64,000 nucleotides of DNA from Candidatus Heimdallarchaeota archaeon (lineage in GTDB: Archaea; Asgardarchaeota; Heimdallarchaeia; Heimdallarchaeales; Heimdallarchaeaceae): assembly GCA_030603365.1 (NCBI GenBank), contig JAUVXV010000004.1, positions 224,001-288,000 of the forward strand, given 5' to 3'. This document shows positions 30,360 through 53,746 of this stretch, piece after piece. The number at the start of each line of letters is the position of its first letter. Positions within the stretch are counted from its first letter, which is position 1. The position numbers and the translations under genes were made by a program. Below the pieces are notes generated by a model. That model worked only from the letters and a program-made list of their open reading frames with translations, did not search any database and was not told the origin of the DNA.

Positions 30360-30405
30360 AATGTAACTAGCGGTTCATTCTATTTTAAAGATGAGTTTGA
30401 ACAAT

Positions 30406-30693
30406 TTATTCAGGCTTGTAATCCTTGTTGATTATTTCGAATATTTCATTTGCTAATTCTTGAGAACCACTTGAATCATCCCAAACACCTGTTGGCGCAA
30501 AAATATACCATAACTTTGAAAGTTCTTCTAATTTTCCCCCTCTTGCCCTATCAGCTGCTTCTTTGATATAATTACCCACATCAGCACAAGAGTCAAAAAA
30601 TGTTAATGTGGATCTGTCTCCATAGGAAATCATCTCAGCTGCTGCTTTGTCTAGAAGTGAAAGAAGGCGTTGTATTTCTTCGTTGTTTGTCAC
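30406..30693 (-). CDS. Hypothetical protein
   Basis: 95-aa ORF with SD-like GGAGA upstream; LWYIFAPTGVWDD motif. Confidence 0.6.
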   Translation of the reverse strand: MTNNEEIQRLLSLLDKAAAEMISYGDRSTLTFFDSCADVGNYIKEAADRARGGKLEELSKLWYIFAPTGVWDDSSGSQELANEIFEIINKDYKPE

Positions 30694-30793
30694 TGGTATC
30701 AGTTATCTCCAAAGTATATTGATACTTATAAGGATAATCTATTAGAAACAATCTACATAGCTTTAAATATGCTTTTTCGCAAATATAATGTGA

Positions 30794-31687
30794 TTGCTCA
30801 TGAGAGCAGCTTTGAAAAATTACTCTTATGGAATAGTACTAGTTTTGTTTTTGGTTTGTTCTAGTGGTATTCAAACCCAAGGTGCTACTTGGGATAGTTA
30901 TGCTTCAGAGTATGAATATACTCAATTGACAAAAGGAATCCTTTATCCAGGTGGAGAACCTCATGAGGTAACAATAGAGGATACATTCAAAGTGTGGAAT
31001 GTAACTACAGTTAGTGATAAAGTGTATTTCAGAACGAATTTTACTCCTTACTTTATGGGATTGATGCATTTTGAAAATCAAGAGGAGTATGATACTTATT
31101 TATCAGAACATTATTGGTACGATAATGATACCGATAGTATGTCCCTTGCATATTCAGTTGTAGGAACAAATTTCTACTTTGTAGATATGTTAGATTCTAC
31201 TCTTCATTATAATGGAACAATGTCTGATTTTGATATTAGGTTAATTAAACATCATATGTATGGTTTGTTTTTACCTGTTAATCATCCATCTTTCAACTTC
31301 AAAACTGTTTATGCAACGAGTTTTCCTATTGAAGAACCACTACATGATGTAAACTTTCAGCAAAAAGACACATTCACACTGGATAAGATGAGATATAATG
31401 GATATTATTTGTATTTGGAATATTCTTATTTCTCTACATTTATTCGAATTGATTATAGTATAGAGCTGATGTATTCTTCTATAGGCGAGTTATATTTCTC
31501 CAAAATTACTATTTTTATGTATAATGAAGACTTTGAACAACCTGTGGAAGATTTTGAAGTTACATTTTCACTGAATCCAGAATACAGATTTAATGGTACT
31601 GAAGTTACTTGGGCAAGTTCATTAGTTATTCTAAGTTCACTCATGATTGTGACTTATGCATACATCAGATTCAGAAGAGATCATTAG
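30794..31687 (+). CDS. Secreted/surface protein with C-terminal membrane anchor
   Basis: Signal-like N-terminus; C-terminal hydrophobic helix followed by RFRR. Confidence 0.7.
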   Translation: MLMRAALKNYSYGIVLVLFLVCSSGIQTQGATWDSYASEYEYTQLTKGILYPGGEPHEVTIEDTFKVWNVTTVSDKVYFRTNFTPYFMGLMHFENQEEYDTYLSEHYWYDNDTDSMSLAYSVVGTNFYFVDMLDSTLHYNGTMSDFDIRLIKHHMYGLFLPVNHPSFNFKTVYATSFPIEEPLHDVNFQQKDTFTLDKMRYNGYYLYLEYSYFSTFIRIDYSIELMYSSIGELYFSKITIFMYNEDFEQPVEDFEVTFSLNPEYRFNGTEVTWASSLVILSSLMIVTYAYIRFRRDH

Positions 31688-31954
31688 AACTCTTCTTTTC
31701 TATTTTTAATCCTATTTTAAACTGATTAAGAGAGCCTTGTATCTTTGCAGCAAGGTTATCTTCTTGTAAGTGCATCCTTTTTGGAAGAGTAATAAAACTC
31801 TTGTTTCTGAAGGGCTCTTTCTACCTTTTAGAAATTTGCACTATTGATATCTAACGACTTTAATTTGCACTTTTAATACCTAAACAAAATACAAATTAGG
31901 TTTCGGCTACTGTAATTACTTAATTTATATAAGGAAATACTAAGCTATAAGTAT

Positions 31955-32407
31955 ATGTCATCCGAAGAGGCTAGAACAGGGTGGCACTATCGCGAAAAAG
32001 ATCCACCAAATGATGATGCATATTTTGAGAATATGTCGAGGATAACTTTCAAAGCAAGTTTAAATTGGCAATTTATTGAAGACCGATGGTCAGCTTTTAG
32101 GAAAGCCTTTCACAATTTCAATATTGGTATTGTCAGTGATTTTGATGAAGAAGATATTGAAGAATTAATGTCTAACACAAAAATCATTAGAAGTAGAGCA
32201 AGAATAGAAGCAACTTTGTATAATGCAATAATTTTTCAGAAGATTATTGAAGAACATGGTTCTTTCAGAGATTATTTAGATAGTCTCGATAAATCAGAAG
32301 ATTACAAGTATACTAAAGAAGAATTATGTAGGAAATTTGAAAGACTTACTGATGAAACTTCTACAATCTTCCTATATAGTGTTGGTGAAGATATTATTTT
32401 AACTTAA
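31955..32407 (+). CDS. DNA-3-methyladenine glycosylase I (Tag)-like, short form, copy 1
   Basis: DDAYFENM, F.ASL.W, FRKAFHNF and IIRSRARIEAT..NA. Confidence 0.82.
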   Translation: MSSEEARTGWHYREKDPPNDDAYFENMSRITFKASLNWQFIEDRWSAFRKAFHNFNIGIVSDFDEEDIEELMSNTKIIRSRARIEATLYNAIIFQKIIEEHGSFRDYLDSLDKSEDYKYTKEELCRKFERLTDETSTIFLYSVGEDIILT

Positions 32408-32442
32408 CAAATATTGATATATGCTTTAGGGTATCTAGAACC

Positions 32443-32898
32443 ATGCCAGAAGATAATGCTCGAACTGGTTGGTTCTTTAGGGATGGAGCACCTCCAGATG
32501 ATAATGCTTATTTTGAAAACATGACAAGATGTGTTTTTCAAGCTAGTTTAACTTGGAAACTTATTGCAGATCGTTGGCCTAATTTCAAAAAGGCATTCAA
32601 AGATTTCAACATTGAAATTGTAGCAGATTTTGATGAGGATGATATTGGGAGACTGTTGTCAGATTCAAGTATCTTAAGGAACAGAGCGAAAATAGAAGCT
32701 ACTCTTGTTAATGCAATAGTATTTGTGAAGATAAAAGAGGAAATTGACACGTTCAGAAATTACATGGATACTTTGGATAAATCTGAAAACTATAGATTTG
32801 TAAAGAAGGAGCTGGCAAAAAGATTTTCACGAATGGGTCCAAAATCAGCGATGGTTTTTCTCTATAGTATTGGCGAAGATATAAAACACGAAGATTAA
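32443..32898 (+). CDS. DNA-3-methyladenine glycosylase I (Tag)-like, short form, copy 2
   Basis: DNAYFENM, FQASLTW, ILRNRAKIEAT..NA and RMGPKSA..FL.SIG. Confidence 0.85.
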   Translation: MPEDNARTGWFFRDGAPPDDNAYFENMTRCVFQASLTWKLIADRWPNFKKAFKDFNIEIVADFDEDDIGRLLSDSSILRNRAKIEATLVNAIVFVKIKEEIDTFRNYMDTLDKSENYRFVKKELAKRFSRMGPKSAMVFLYSIGEDIKHED

Positions 32899-33956
32899 AT
32901 TGATTCCTTAATCTTCTTCAAGAGCTTTTGTGTATTCTTTCGAAGGCTTTGTTCAATCTTTTTCATATTGGGTAATACTGGCCAAATATCTTCCTCGAGT
33001 CCTTTAAAATCACTTTTTATTTGTTTCTTAGATGTTTCCTCGAAAATGATTCTATAAATCCAATCTGTTAAATCTTCTAGAGTTCTATAGTAAAACAGGA
33101 AAATAATAATATCTTCATTTAGTGTATTTATTTTACGGACATCTAAGTAGCTAGTGATGAGTTCAATACTGTTTTTTTCATTTATATAGAACCAGATATC
33201 TTTCTCAAATGGTGCTAGCATTGCACCGTCCCAATCTATTAAGTGGATTTTTTCATTGTTATCAATTATGATGTTGTGTCTTATTGAATCAGTATGACAG
33301 ATTACAAGCTCAAGGTTTTTTTCTTTTTTCAGTTTCTCTGATAGTTCTTCTAAATATACTAAGGATGGTAAGATATAGTTCATATTTGATTTAATCAGTT
33401 TCTGGAGTTTGTTATAGTTCTTATCTTTAGAATCAGTGCACGCTGTTGCTTCTTTTATACAAATAAGCAGTTCCTTTCTAAAGTCAAGGTCAAAATTAAA
33501 TTCCTGACCTCCTTCCAATTTCATTAAATCTGTTGCAGTATGGATCTTGCCCAATAATTCTCCTAGTTGAGTAAGAAAGTCTTCTGAACGACTTTGCACT
33601 TCGTTCACTATTTTTCCCTCAACAAAAGTCCATATCACCAGATCCATATCTTCAAATTTGGTTCTAAAATCTCCTTTTCTTGATTTTATTGGATAAGTAA
33701 CTTGATCAATGTTAGCTGTCTGATTTAATTGATAAGCAATGTCTAAAGAAAAATCTAATGTAGTTATTTTTGTTTTAGTTAAACGTGATTTCTCATAGAA
33801 CTTAACCAAAAACCTATGTGATTTATCAGTTTGTAAAATATATGAATATGCAAATTCTCCTTCTGGAACGAAAGTTAGTTTTTTGGTTTCTATTCCATAT
33901 TCTAGTTTGATAAACTCTCTTAGCTTATCCATGTTGAGAGAAAGTTCTTGTTTCAT
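32895..33956 (-). CDS. Aminoglycoside phosphotransferase/choline kinase family protein
   Basis: LLGKIH, CHTDSIRHNI, LIDWD and APFEKD. Confidence 0.85.
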   Translation of the reverse strand: MKQELSLNMDKLREFIKLEYGIETKKLTFVPEGEFAYSYILQTDKSHRFLVKFYEKSRLTKTKITTLDFSLDIAYQLNQTANIDQVTYPIKSRKGDFRTKFEDMDLVIWTFVEGKIVNEVQSRSEDFLTQLGELLGKIHTATDLMKLEGGQEFNFDLDFRKELLICIKEATACTDSKDKNYNKLQKLIKSNMNYILPSLVYLEELSEKLKKEKNLELVICHTDSIRHNIIIDNNEKIHLIDWDGAMLAPFEKDIWFYINEKNSIELITSYLDVRKINTLNEDIIIFLFYYRTLEDLTDWIYRIIFEETSKKQIKSDFKGLEEDIWPVLPNMKKIEQSLRKNTQKLLKKIKESI

Positions 33957-34074
33957 GAATCACACACAATACTGATTTTGTAAAGTTTTAAACTGTTATA
34001 TGTAAGGCAAACATGCTAGTTTTAAATATGTTTAGCATTTTCAATTTCTATTCAAGAATATTTTTGGTGATGAT

Positions 34075-34500
34075 ATGAGTTCAACAAAATTTTGTACAAA
34101 ATGTGGTGGTTCATTAAAAGAAACTGATAAGCTATGTGCGAACTGCGGTGTAACAATAGAAGAAACACCTGTAAAAGCAGAAGAATCTGTTCAACAAGAA
34201 GGAGTTGCGACTCCTGCATCCAAATACAATCCACCTACTAAAGAAGAAAAAAACAAGCTAATTTTGTGGATGGTTTTATCTATTATAATACCCATAATTG
34301 GTATTGTTTTAGGTATTGTAATGTATAGTAAAAAAGATAAGACATCTGGGATGCATTATCTTCTATGTGGGTTCTCTAGTATAGCTTTTGCTTCTGGCGC
34401 ATATTACTGGGCAGGATTCATTATTGGTGCTTTACTTATTTCAAGTGCAATTTATAATGGGCTAAGACAGATTAATAGCGAGGAGATTAAGTTACCTTAA
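34075..34500 (+). CDS. Zinc-ribbon membrane protein
   Basis: FCTKCG...CANCG followed by hydrophobic helices. Confidence 0.8.
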   Translation: MSSTKFCTKCGGSLKETDKLCANCGVTIEETPVKAEESVQQEGVATPASKYNPPTKEEKNKLILWMVLSIIIPIIGIVLGIVMYSKKDKTSGMHYLLCGFSSIAFASGAYYWAGFIIGALLISSAIYNGLRQINSEEIKLP

Positions 34501-35945
34501 ACAATCTCTCTTTCTTCTTTTTTTTCCTTATTTTTGTTTCCTATAAAACGATAAACCAAGTAGATTATCAAAACCGCTGAAATAATTACAATTGCTGTTA
34601 TAAGAAAAATTCTTGGTAAAACATGACCCCAATCAATAGCTCCGTTGACTTCATTTGAGCTGATACTAACTGGGATGAAGCTTATTGTTGAAACTGATCT
34701 TGATAATGAAACATAAAATCCCAACGCACCAAGAGCCATTCCTCTTTGCGTAGCTATTGCTTCTCGTGTTGTTCCTGTATTTACACCAATATAACTAGTC
34801 AAACTACTTGCACTGTAAATCATATAGACTACTATTAACCAGGGTAAAGATTTCACATAAATAAAAAGAATCAACATACAAGATGAGATTAGTAGTGTAA
34901 AGAATATAGGTCCTTTATAACCGATTTTATCTACAATCTTGCCTAGATAAGGTTTAAAGAAAATTAGTACTCCCGATGTAATCCATGCTATCTGTGCAAC
35001 CGTATCATACGGGAGACCTTTAACTTCTGATACCAGTATTGGCCAAAATGCAGTTACTGTATATTCAAGAAATGCAACAGCTAATTGTATCATATAAATA
35101 AAACTTAATTTTTTCTGTTTTGTGACAGTTGCAAGGGACTTGAACATTGAAATAAAAGATTCACCAAAAGCCTTCATTTTGGATTCGGTTTTTAATCTGT
35201 CCTCTTTCTTGAGTACTTCAGGCATGAATATCGCTATGCTAATTACACCAATGAGAGATATTCCTGCCCCCCATGCAAAGAGTATACGGAGTGGTGACAA
35301 AATATTTGCCATCTCTGGAATTATGGTTATGACTTTGATATTTGTAGTTAAGGTTTTACTAATTTGAAGGTTAGAAATTTTCAAGAGTAAAAATGCTAGT
35401 AAAGCTCCTGAGATGACTCCTAAATCAGTTCCTTGAAATAATCTTCCTTGAACTTTGCCGAGATTTGTTTCTTCTTCAACATCTCCAATATATGCAAAAA
35501 TTATTGGCCAGAAACAGGACATACCGATAGCCATGAAAAACATAGCCGCAATTACTAAAGCCCAATGTGAAGATATAGCTAGAAAGACCAGACTTATTGT
35601 ATAGAAACTAATTCCTGTTATAAGTAAAGGTTTCCTTCCAATCATTTGTGATAAGTTTCCCAATGGAACTCTTAGGAATAATTGTGGGATATTCCTCAAC
35701 GCAAAGATAAACAATATTAACCAAAAAACTGTATTTATATTTTCTAGATGCAAACCAACATAAGACATGAAAATGGTCATGGAAAAACTACCTACTATGC
35801 CTAGAAGTATAGGTGAAAGACGTCGACGGTCATCTAGATATAATCGTGTCTTCACTTCCTTAAGTGTTCTAGGAAAAAGTTTACCATTATTATTCAACAG
35901 CTTCATGCCTTTTTTGCTAAAACTATGCAAAAACAATATAAACAT
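34497..35945 (-). CDS. MFS transporter (start uncertain)
   Basis: About 12 TM helices; GNLSQMIGRK and GKIVDKIGYK motif-A-like loops. Confidence 0.88.
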   Translation of the reverse strand: MFILFLHSFSKKGMKLLNNNGKLFPRTLKEVKTRLYLDDRRRLSPILLGIVGSFSMTIFMSYVGLHLENINTVFWLILFIFALRNIPQLFLRVPLGNLSQMIGRKPLLITGISFYTISLVFLAISSHWALVIAAMFFMAIGMSCFWPIIFAYIGDVEEETNLGKVQGRLFQGTDLGVISGALLAFLLLKISNLQISKTLTTNIKVITIIPEMANILSPLRILFAWGAGISLIGVISIAIFMPEVLKKEDRLKTESKMKAFGESFISMFKSLATVTKQKKLSFIYMIQLAVAFLEYTVTAFWPILVSEVKGLPYDTVAQIAWITSGVLIFFKPYLGKIVDKIGYKGPIFFTLLISSCMLILFIYVKSLPWLIVVYMIYSASSLTSYIGVNTGTTREAIATQRGMALGALGFYVSLSRSVSTISFIPVSISSNEVNGAIDWGHVLPRIFLITAIVIISAVLIIYLVYRFIGNKNKEKKEEREIV

Positions 35946-36054
35946 AATGGAACGAGCTGTAGGACTGAATAGAACTCCTTTCCAGCAATGTGAATTGCCT
36001 TTTCCTTTTCCACAATTTTAAAATAATCTCTCTCCATAACTGACATAGGTAACT

Positions 36055-36744
36055 ATGTTTCCACATTCACCCCAATCCTCGGTACCACCTGACAAACTTG
36101 TTCAGCAGATGATAGTTCAAGCTATTCAGGCATTCTATATTCAAGACTTTGAAACAGGAAAATATTTTCTTGAGCAGATTCGTTCAAATCTCCCAAGATT
36201 CATGTATCAACTAAATCCTCAACTAAGAAATCTTTGTAAAGAGATAGTTAAGTTGCTTCAAGATGGTAGTTTGGTACCAGATAGATCATCTGAAGAAGGA
36301 GTAGGTTCAGTAGCTGATACTCATCCAGGATTTGCAGAAACACCTTCAGAACAACTAGACCAACCAGTTCGTTCTGCACCTACAAGTTCTGAATCAGCTC
36401 GTGCTGAATCAGACCGACCCGAGATTTTTGAAGAAAGGGTTCAAGTAGCAGAAGAATTTGCTCAAATGGTTAAGGGTGAACCTGCTGTGGATATAGGAGA
36501 TATTGAAGGAACTGAAATTGACACTTCAGAAGATCTTGAGTATGAGCCTCAATCGGAATCTCTCGATACACCAGTGGAGGACATTCCTTCAGATAACTTT
36601 GATCCTGTGAGGGGAGAATTACCAAGTGATTTTGTTAGTGAGTTATCTTCCGCAGTAAATACCGTTAAAGACAAAAAGAAGAAAAAGAAAGATGATGGAA
36701 AAATGGTTGGTTCCATGGACGAGTTAGATGAGTTTGATTTCTAA
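36055..36744 (+). CDS. Hypothetical protein: helical N-domain, acidic disordered linker, basic/acidic C-tail
   Basis: Composition of the translation; no recognised family. Confidence 0.7.
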   Translation: MFPHSPQSSVPPDKLVQQMIVQAIQAFYIQDFETGKYFLEQIRSNLPRFMYQLNPQLRNLCKEIVKLLQDGSLVPDRSSEEGVGSVADTHPGFAETPSEQLDQPVRSAPTSSESARAESDRPEIFEERVQVAEEFAQMVKGEPAVDIGDIEGTEIDTSEDLEYEPQSESLDTPVEDIPSDNFDPVRGELPSDFVSELSSAVNTVKDKKKKKKDDGKMVGSMDELDEFDF

Positions 36745-36749
36745 CCTTC

Positions 36750-37178
36750 TTAATTATTTATAACCTTAACAACAGTCCAATCTTGTTTGATTAGTGAATC
36801 AATCGCAGCTTCTACATCGCTCAAAGTTTCTTTTAACTTTTCTTTTAAAATTTCTTGAGGTATAGCCCCATAAATGTGCCTTATACCTCCATTAGGAAGC
36901 ATTTCTTGCTCCTTATTGATCAATCCTTGTTTTATCATACTTTGTACTAATCTGACAGCGGTAGTACGGTCTCTTTTCACTCTTTCTGCAATCTCTTTTA
37001 TTGTTCTGTTTTTTTGGAGTGTGTAGAAGTAGATGTTTACATGCGTGCATTTTAAACCAAAAAGAAATTCAAATATTGGACAAACCTTAAACTCACATTC
37101 AAGAAACTCACATTTGCAAAAACCACTACTTAGGCTCTTTGAAATACTGTCAGACATATCTACTAAACAAGGCTGCAT
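36750..37178 (-). CDS. TrmB-like HTH transcriptional regulator with Cys-rich N-terminus
   Basis: TIKEIAERVKRDRTTAVRLVQSMIKQGLI...GGIRHIY. Confidence 0.82.
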   Translation of the reverse strand: MQPCLVDMSDSISKSLSSGFCKCEFLECEFKVCPIFEFLFGLKCTHVNIYFYTLQKNRTIKEIAERVKRDRTTAVRLVQSMIKQGLINKEQEMLPNGGIRHIYGAIPQEILKEKLKETLSDVEAAIDSLIKQDWTVVKVINN

Positions 37179-37302
37179 TCGTCTGTGTATTTTCCTTACA
37201 CATAATAAATGTTATGTTTTTACAGAATCGCTCGATAGAACAATTTAAAACTATGTGTGATAATAACACACATAGCCTTTATCTACATTGTGGTGAATAA
37301 AA

Positions 37303-37740
37303 ATGGATGAAGAATTAGAACGTATAAAGAAGGAAAAGATGCTAAAGCTCATTAAAGAAGATGTACCAACTGTTGGAAATTTCCCAGTTGCAGACGTTAC
37401 AGAACTTGATGATAATTCAATGGAACCATTTGTAAAACAACAAGGAATTGTAGTAATAGACTGCTGGGCTGTTTGGTGTGGTCCTTGTAGAACCATGGAA
37501 CCTATAATGCAACAACTTGCAAAAGAGTGGGTTGGTAAAGTTACTATTGGAAAACTCAATGTTGATCAGAATCCTCGCGCTTCAATGAAATATGGTATTT
37601 CTTCCATTCCTAATTTCTTAGTTTTTCAAGATGGTAAGTTCCTTGGTAATGTTGTTGGTGCCGTTGGAAAGAAACCTTTTGAAAAATTGTTTAAGAAATT
37701 ATTATCAGATGATAAAGATAAAAAAGAGGGTTATACATAA
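37303..37740 (+). CDS. trxA: Thioredoxin
   Basis: DCWAVWCGPC, KLNVDQN and SIP. Confidence 0.95.
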   Translation: MDEELERIKKEKMLKLIKEDVPTVGNFPVADVTELDDNSMEPFVKQQGIVVIDCWAVWCGPCRTMEPIMQQLAKEWVGKVTIGKLNVDQNPRASMKYGISSIPNFLVFQDGKFLGNVVGAVGKKPFEKLFKKLLSDDKDKKEGYT

Positions 37741-37745
37741 CCTCT

Positions 37746-40247
<2,502 letters not shown>

Positions 40248-40251
40248 TTAT

Positions 40252-42417
<2,166 letters not shown>

Positions 42418-42583
42418 TTATTGTCGGGTTATTTCTTGGAAATAATATATTATAAAAAAATAGAGTTTACCCTTTAAAAAGACATTGGTTCAACCTACCA
42501 GAAGTAAATAGAACGGCAAAAGAGCCTTTTTTTGCCTTTTTGTCTAGTTATCTTTCTCTTTGTTGAATTAAGTGCATCTTTTA

Positions 42584-43000
42584 TTAAGAAATAATTATTG
42601 TTCCTTCTTCACCTTCAACTGCTCTGAAAGCATGTTTTGGGTTAGTAATTATCGTTTTTCCTTGGGTTTTTTTTACAAAATTAATACTTGCTTCAATTTT
42701 AGAACCCATACTACCTTTAATGAAATGCCCTTCATTTGCAATTTGCATAGCCAATGCAAAATTTATTTCTCCAAGAATTTCTTGATTTTCTTTATTACAA
42801 TTGAAATAAGCATTTGTAACATCTATTAAAATTAGAAGATTTTTTGCTTTAATCTGAGCAGCTAATACAGCTGATGCATAATCTTTATCAATAACTGCCA
42901 TTGCTCCTTCCAACTCTCCGTTTCCGCTAGTTAAAACTATGTTGTAACCTTGTTCAAGTAAATCAACGATAACTTTAGCTGCTGGACTTGTATTTTGCAT
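42584..43000 (-). pseudogene. arcC: C-terminal fragment of carbamate kinase
   Basis: AVIDKDYASAVLA, GHF..GSMGSKIEA..F and EGTII match the ArcC C-terminal half; the N-terminal half is absent. Confidence 0.65.
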
Positions 43001-43045
43001 TATAGAATCTTTTTTCTTTTACTCAAAAAATAGTAATCGCTTAAG

Positions 43046-44371
<1,326 letters not shown>

Positions 44372-44486
44372 TCACTTAAAAAGTGCATTGTTTCATGAGA
44401 ATTTTTCATTTCTTTTTTACAATTAAAATTATATTATAAGGTATTTTTATACCATAACAACTGTTTAAAATTACTAAATTACATAG

Positions 44487-45185
<699 letters not shown>

Positions 45186-45190
45186 GAGAA

Positions 45191-45592
<402 letters not shown>

Positions 45593-45756
45593 TTATGCTT
45601 AAAAGAATAATAAAAAGCCAAGTTTGAGCTAGAGCAAGCCAGATTCTAGTCAATATCCGACATAAATGATTTGAGAAATAGAAGAAATAATTAAGAAGGT
45701 TTTTAAGATTGGAGATTAATCCTTTTATCAAAAATCAACAATAAAACGAATTATAA

Positions 45757-46140
<384 letters not shown>

Positions 46141-46150
46141 ATATAAATGG

Positions 46151-46663
46151 TTGATTAACATGGTTAAAGCGATTGTATTGTTTAACTCTAAAGGCGGAAA
46201 TACAAAGAAAGTAGCAATGAAAATTGCTGAAGGTTTAGAAACTGAAAGTCGAAGTAACAAGGAACTTCCAGACTTAACAGAATATGATCTGGTTGTCGTT
46301 GGATCCTGGGTCATCATGGGTCGAATAAGTTTTGCTGGAGCAAGATATTTGAGGAAACTAAAAAGAAAAGGTATTGACGGAAAGAAAGTAGCATTGTTCT
46401 TTACAAGTGGTGGACCAGACGAAGACCATCCATTTTCAAAGGATAAAGAAAATCCCAAGAAAATAAAAGAAGTAATGTTCGAAAAAATGGAAAATATCAT
46501 AGCTAAGAATAAGCAGGTGACTATTATTCCTGAACGATTCTATTGCAAAGGCGCTATAAGGATGATGGGTGAAGTAAAGGATAATATTGGTCATCCCACA
46601 GAAGAAGAACTAGAACAAGCAAGATTATTTGGAGAACAATTGAAAACGCAATTAGAAGTATAA
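46151..46663 (+). CDS. Flavodoxin-like protein
   Basis: SKGGNTKKVA, YDLVVVGS and ALFFTSG. Confidence 0.85.
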   Translation: MINMVKAIVLFNSKGGNTKKVAMKIAEGLETESRSNKELPDLTEYDLVVVGSWVIMGRISFAGARYLRKLKRKGIDGKKVALFFTSGGPDEDHPFSKDKENPKKIKEVMFEKMENIIAKNKQVTIIPERFYCKGAIRMMGEVKDNIGHPTEEELEQARLFGEQLKTQLEV

Positions 46664-46728
46664 TCTATAAATTAAAACTAAGGTTATAGATAGAACCAAA
46701 CATCTTCTATTCTTTTTCTTGTAAACGC

Positions 46729-46957
<229 letters not shown>

Positions 46958-47043
46958 GGACTAATCTACTGCCATAAATATTTGATTTAATTCGAAATAT
47001 TTAAATTAAAAATTGATAGGGAAGTAGATAGAATATAATATAG

Positions 47044-47128
47044 GCCACGATACTCAAGCCTGGTATGAGGATAGATTGCTAATCTATTGTCGATAGACTC
47101 CGGGGTTCAAATCCCCGTCGTGGCTCCA
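47044..47128 (+). tRNA. trnS: tRNA-Ser(GCT), long variable arm, CCA encoded
   Basis: GCCACGA/TCGTGGC acceptor stem, ATAGA-TTGCTAA-TCTAT anticodon arm, GTC-GATA-GAC variable arm, CGGGG-TTCAAAT-CCCCG T arm. Confidence 0.95.
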
Positions 47129-47229
47129 AATTATTCAACTTATTAGTTATTTCAATAGATTATTAGAAAAAATAAAAGGTCACCTAAAATAACTATTTAA
47201 CTTTTTCATTAAATCAATTATGAAATTCC

Positions 47230-47781
<552 letters not shown>

Positions 47782-47881
47782 CTACACCAAAGATATATTA
47801 CTCGTGAGAGGATATAAGTTTTATTCTTAAAATTACAAATTCCTTATTTTATAAGCTAATCTTCATCTTTAAAAAGACTAA

Positions 47882-51307
<3,426 letters not shown>

Positions 51308-51493
51308 CCTATAGATATTTGAAACTTAAATTTTCTATTTATATCATTTTTTTTGAGTTTAAAATGCTAATTCTTTAATTTATTTTCCCAACTACCCACG
51401 ATAAACCTTAAGAATTACTAGTCTTGTTTCTCAATATCGCGACTGTTATTCCTATATAGGTATAACAAGAAAGATAATAGAAAACAATCCTAA

Positions 51494-52528
<1,035 letters not shown>

Positions 52529-52533
52529 AGTAA

Positions 52534-53431
<898 letters not shown>

Positions 53432-53432
<1 letters not shown>

Positions 53433-53746
53433 TGTTAGAACAACTACATTTTATGATTCTTGGTATAGTCCTATTTTGTGTAGGATTATATGCATTGCTG
53501 AGTAAAAGAAATGTTATCAAGATTCTTATGGGAATCGAAATAATGACAATAGCTATCAACATTGTCTTTGTTTCATTAGGTAAGAACATTGCTAACGAGA
53601 CATTTCTAGAATTTGCTCAGATCTTCCCATTGATTTCTATAGCAATAGGTGCAGCTGTTATGGCAGTAGGTTTAGCAATAGTCATTAACAACTATCGTCA
53701 TGCAAAAAGCGTGGATAGCGATGAAATGGCTACATTGAAAAGGTGA
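53432..53746 (+). CDS. NuoK-like subunit
   Basis: LF.VGLY..L.KRN.IKILMGIEIM...A...AVGLAI. Confidence 0.9.

Noticed and set aside
42429-42541. Dyads upstream of gyrB (TTATTTC/GAAATAA, ATAATATATTAT, and a GGCAAAA/TTTTGCC hairpin with a T-run)
   Set aside because: Low-complexity AT-rich dyads; they may be terminator or promoter elements but cannot be assigned.
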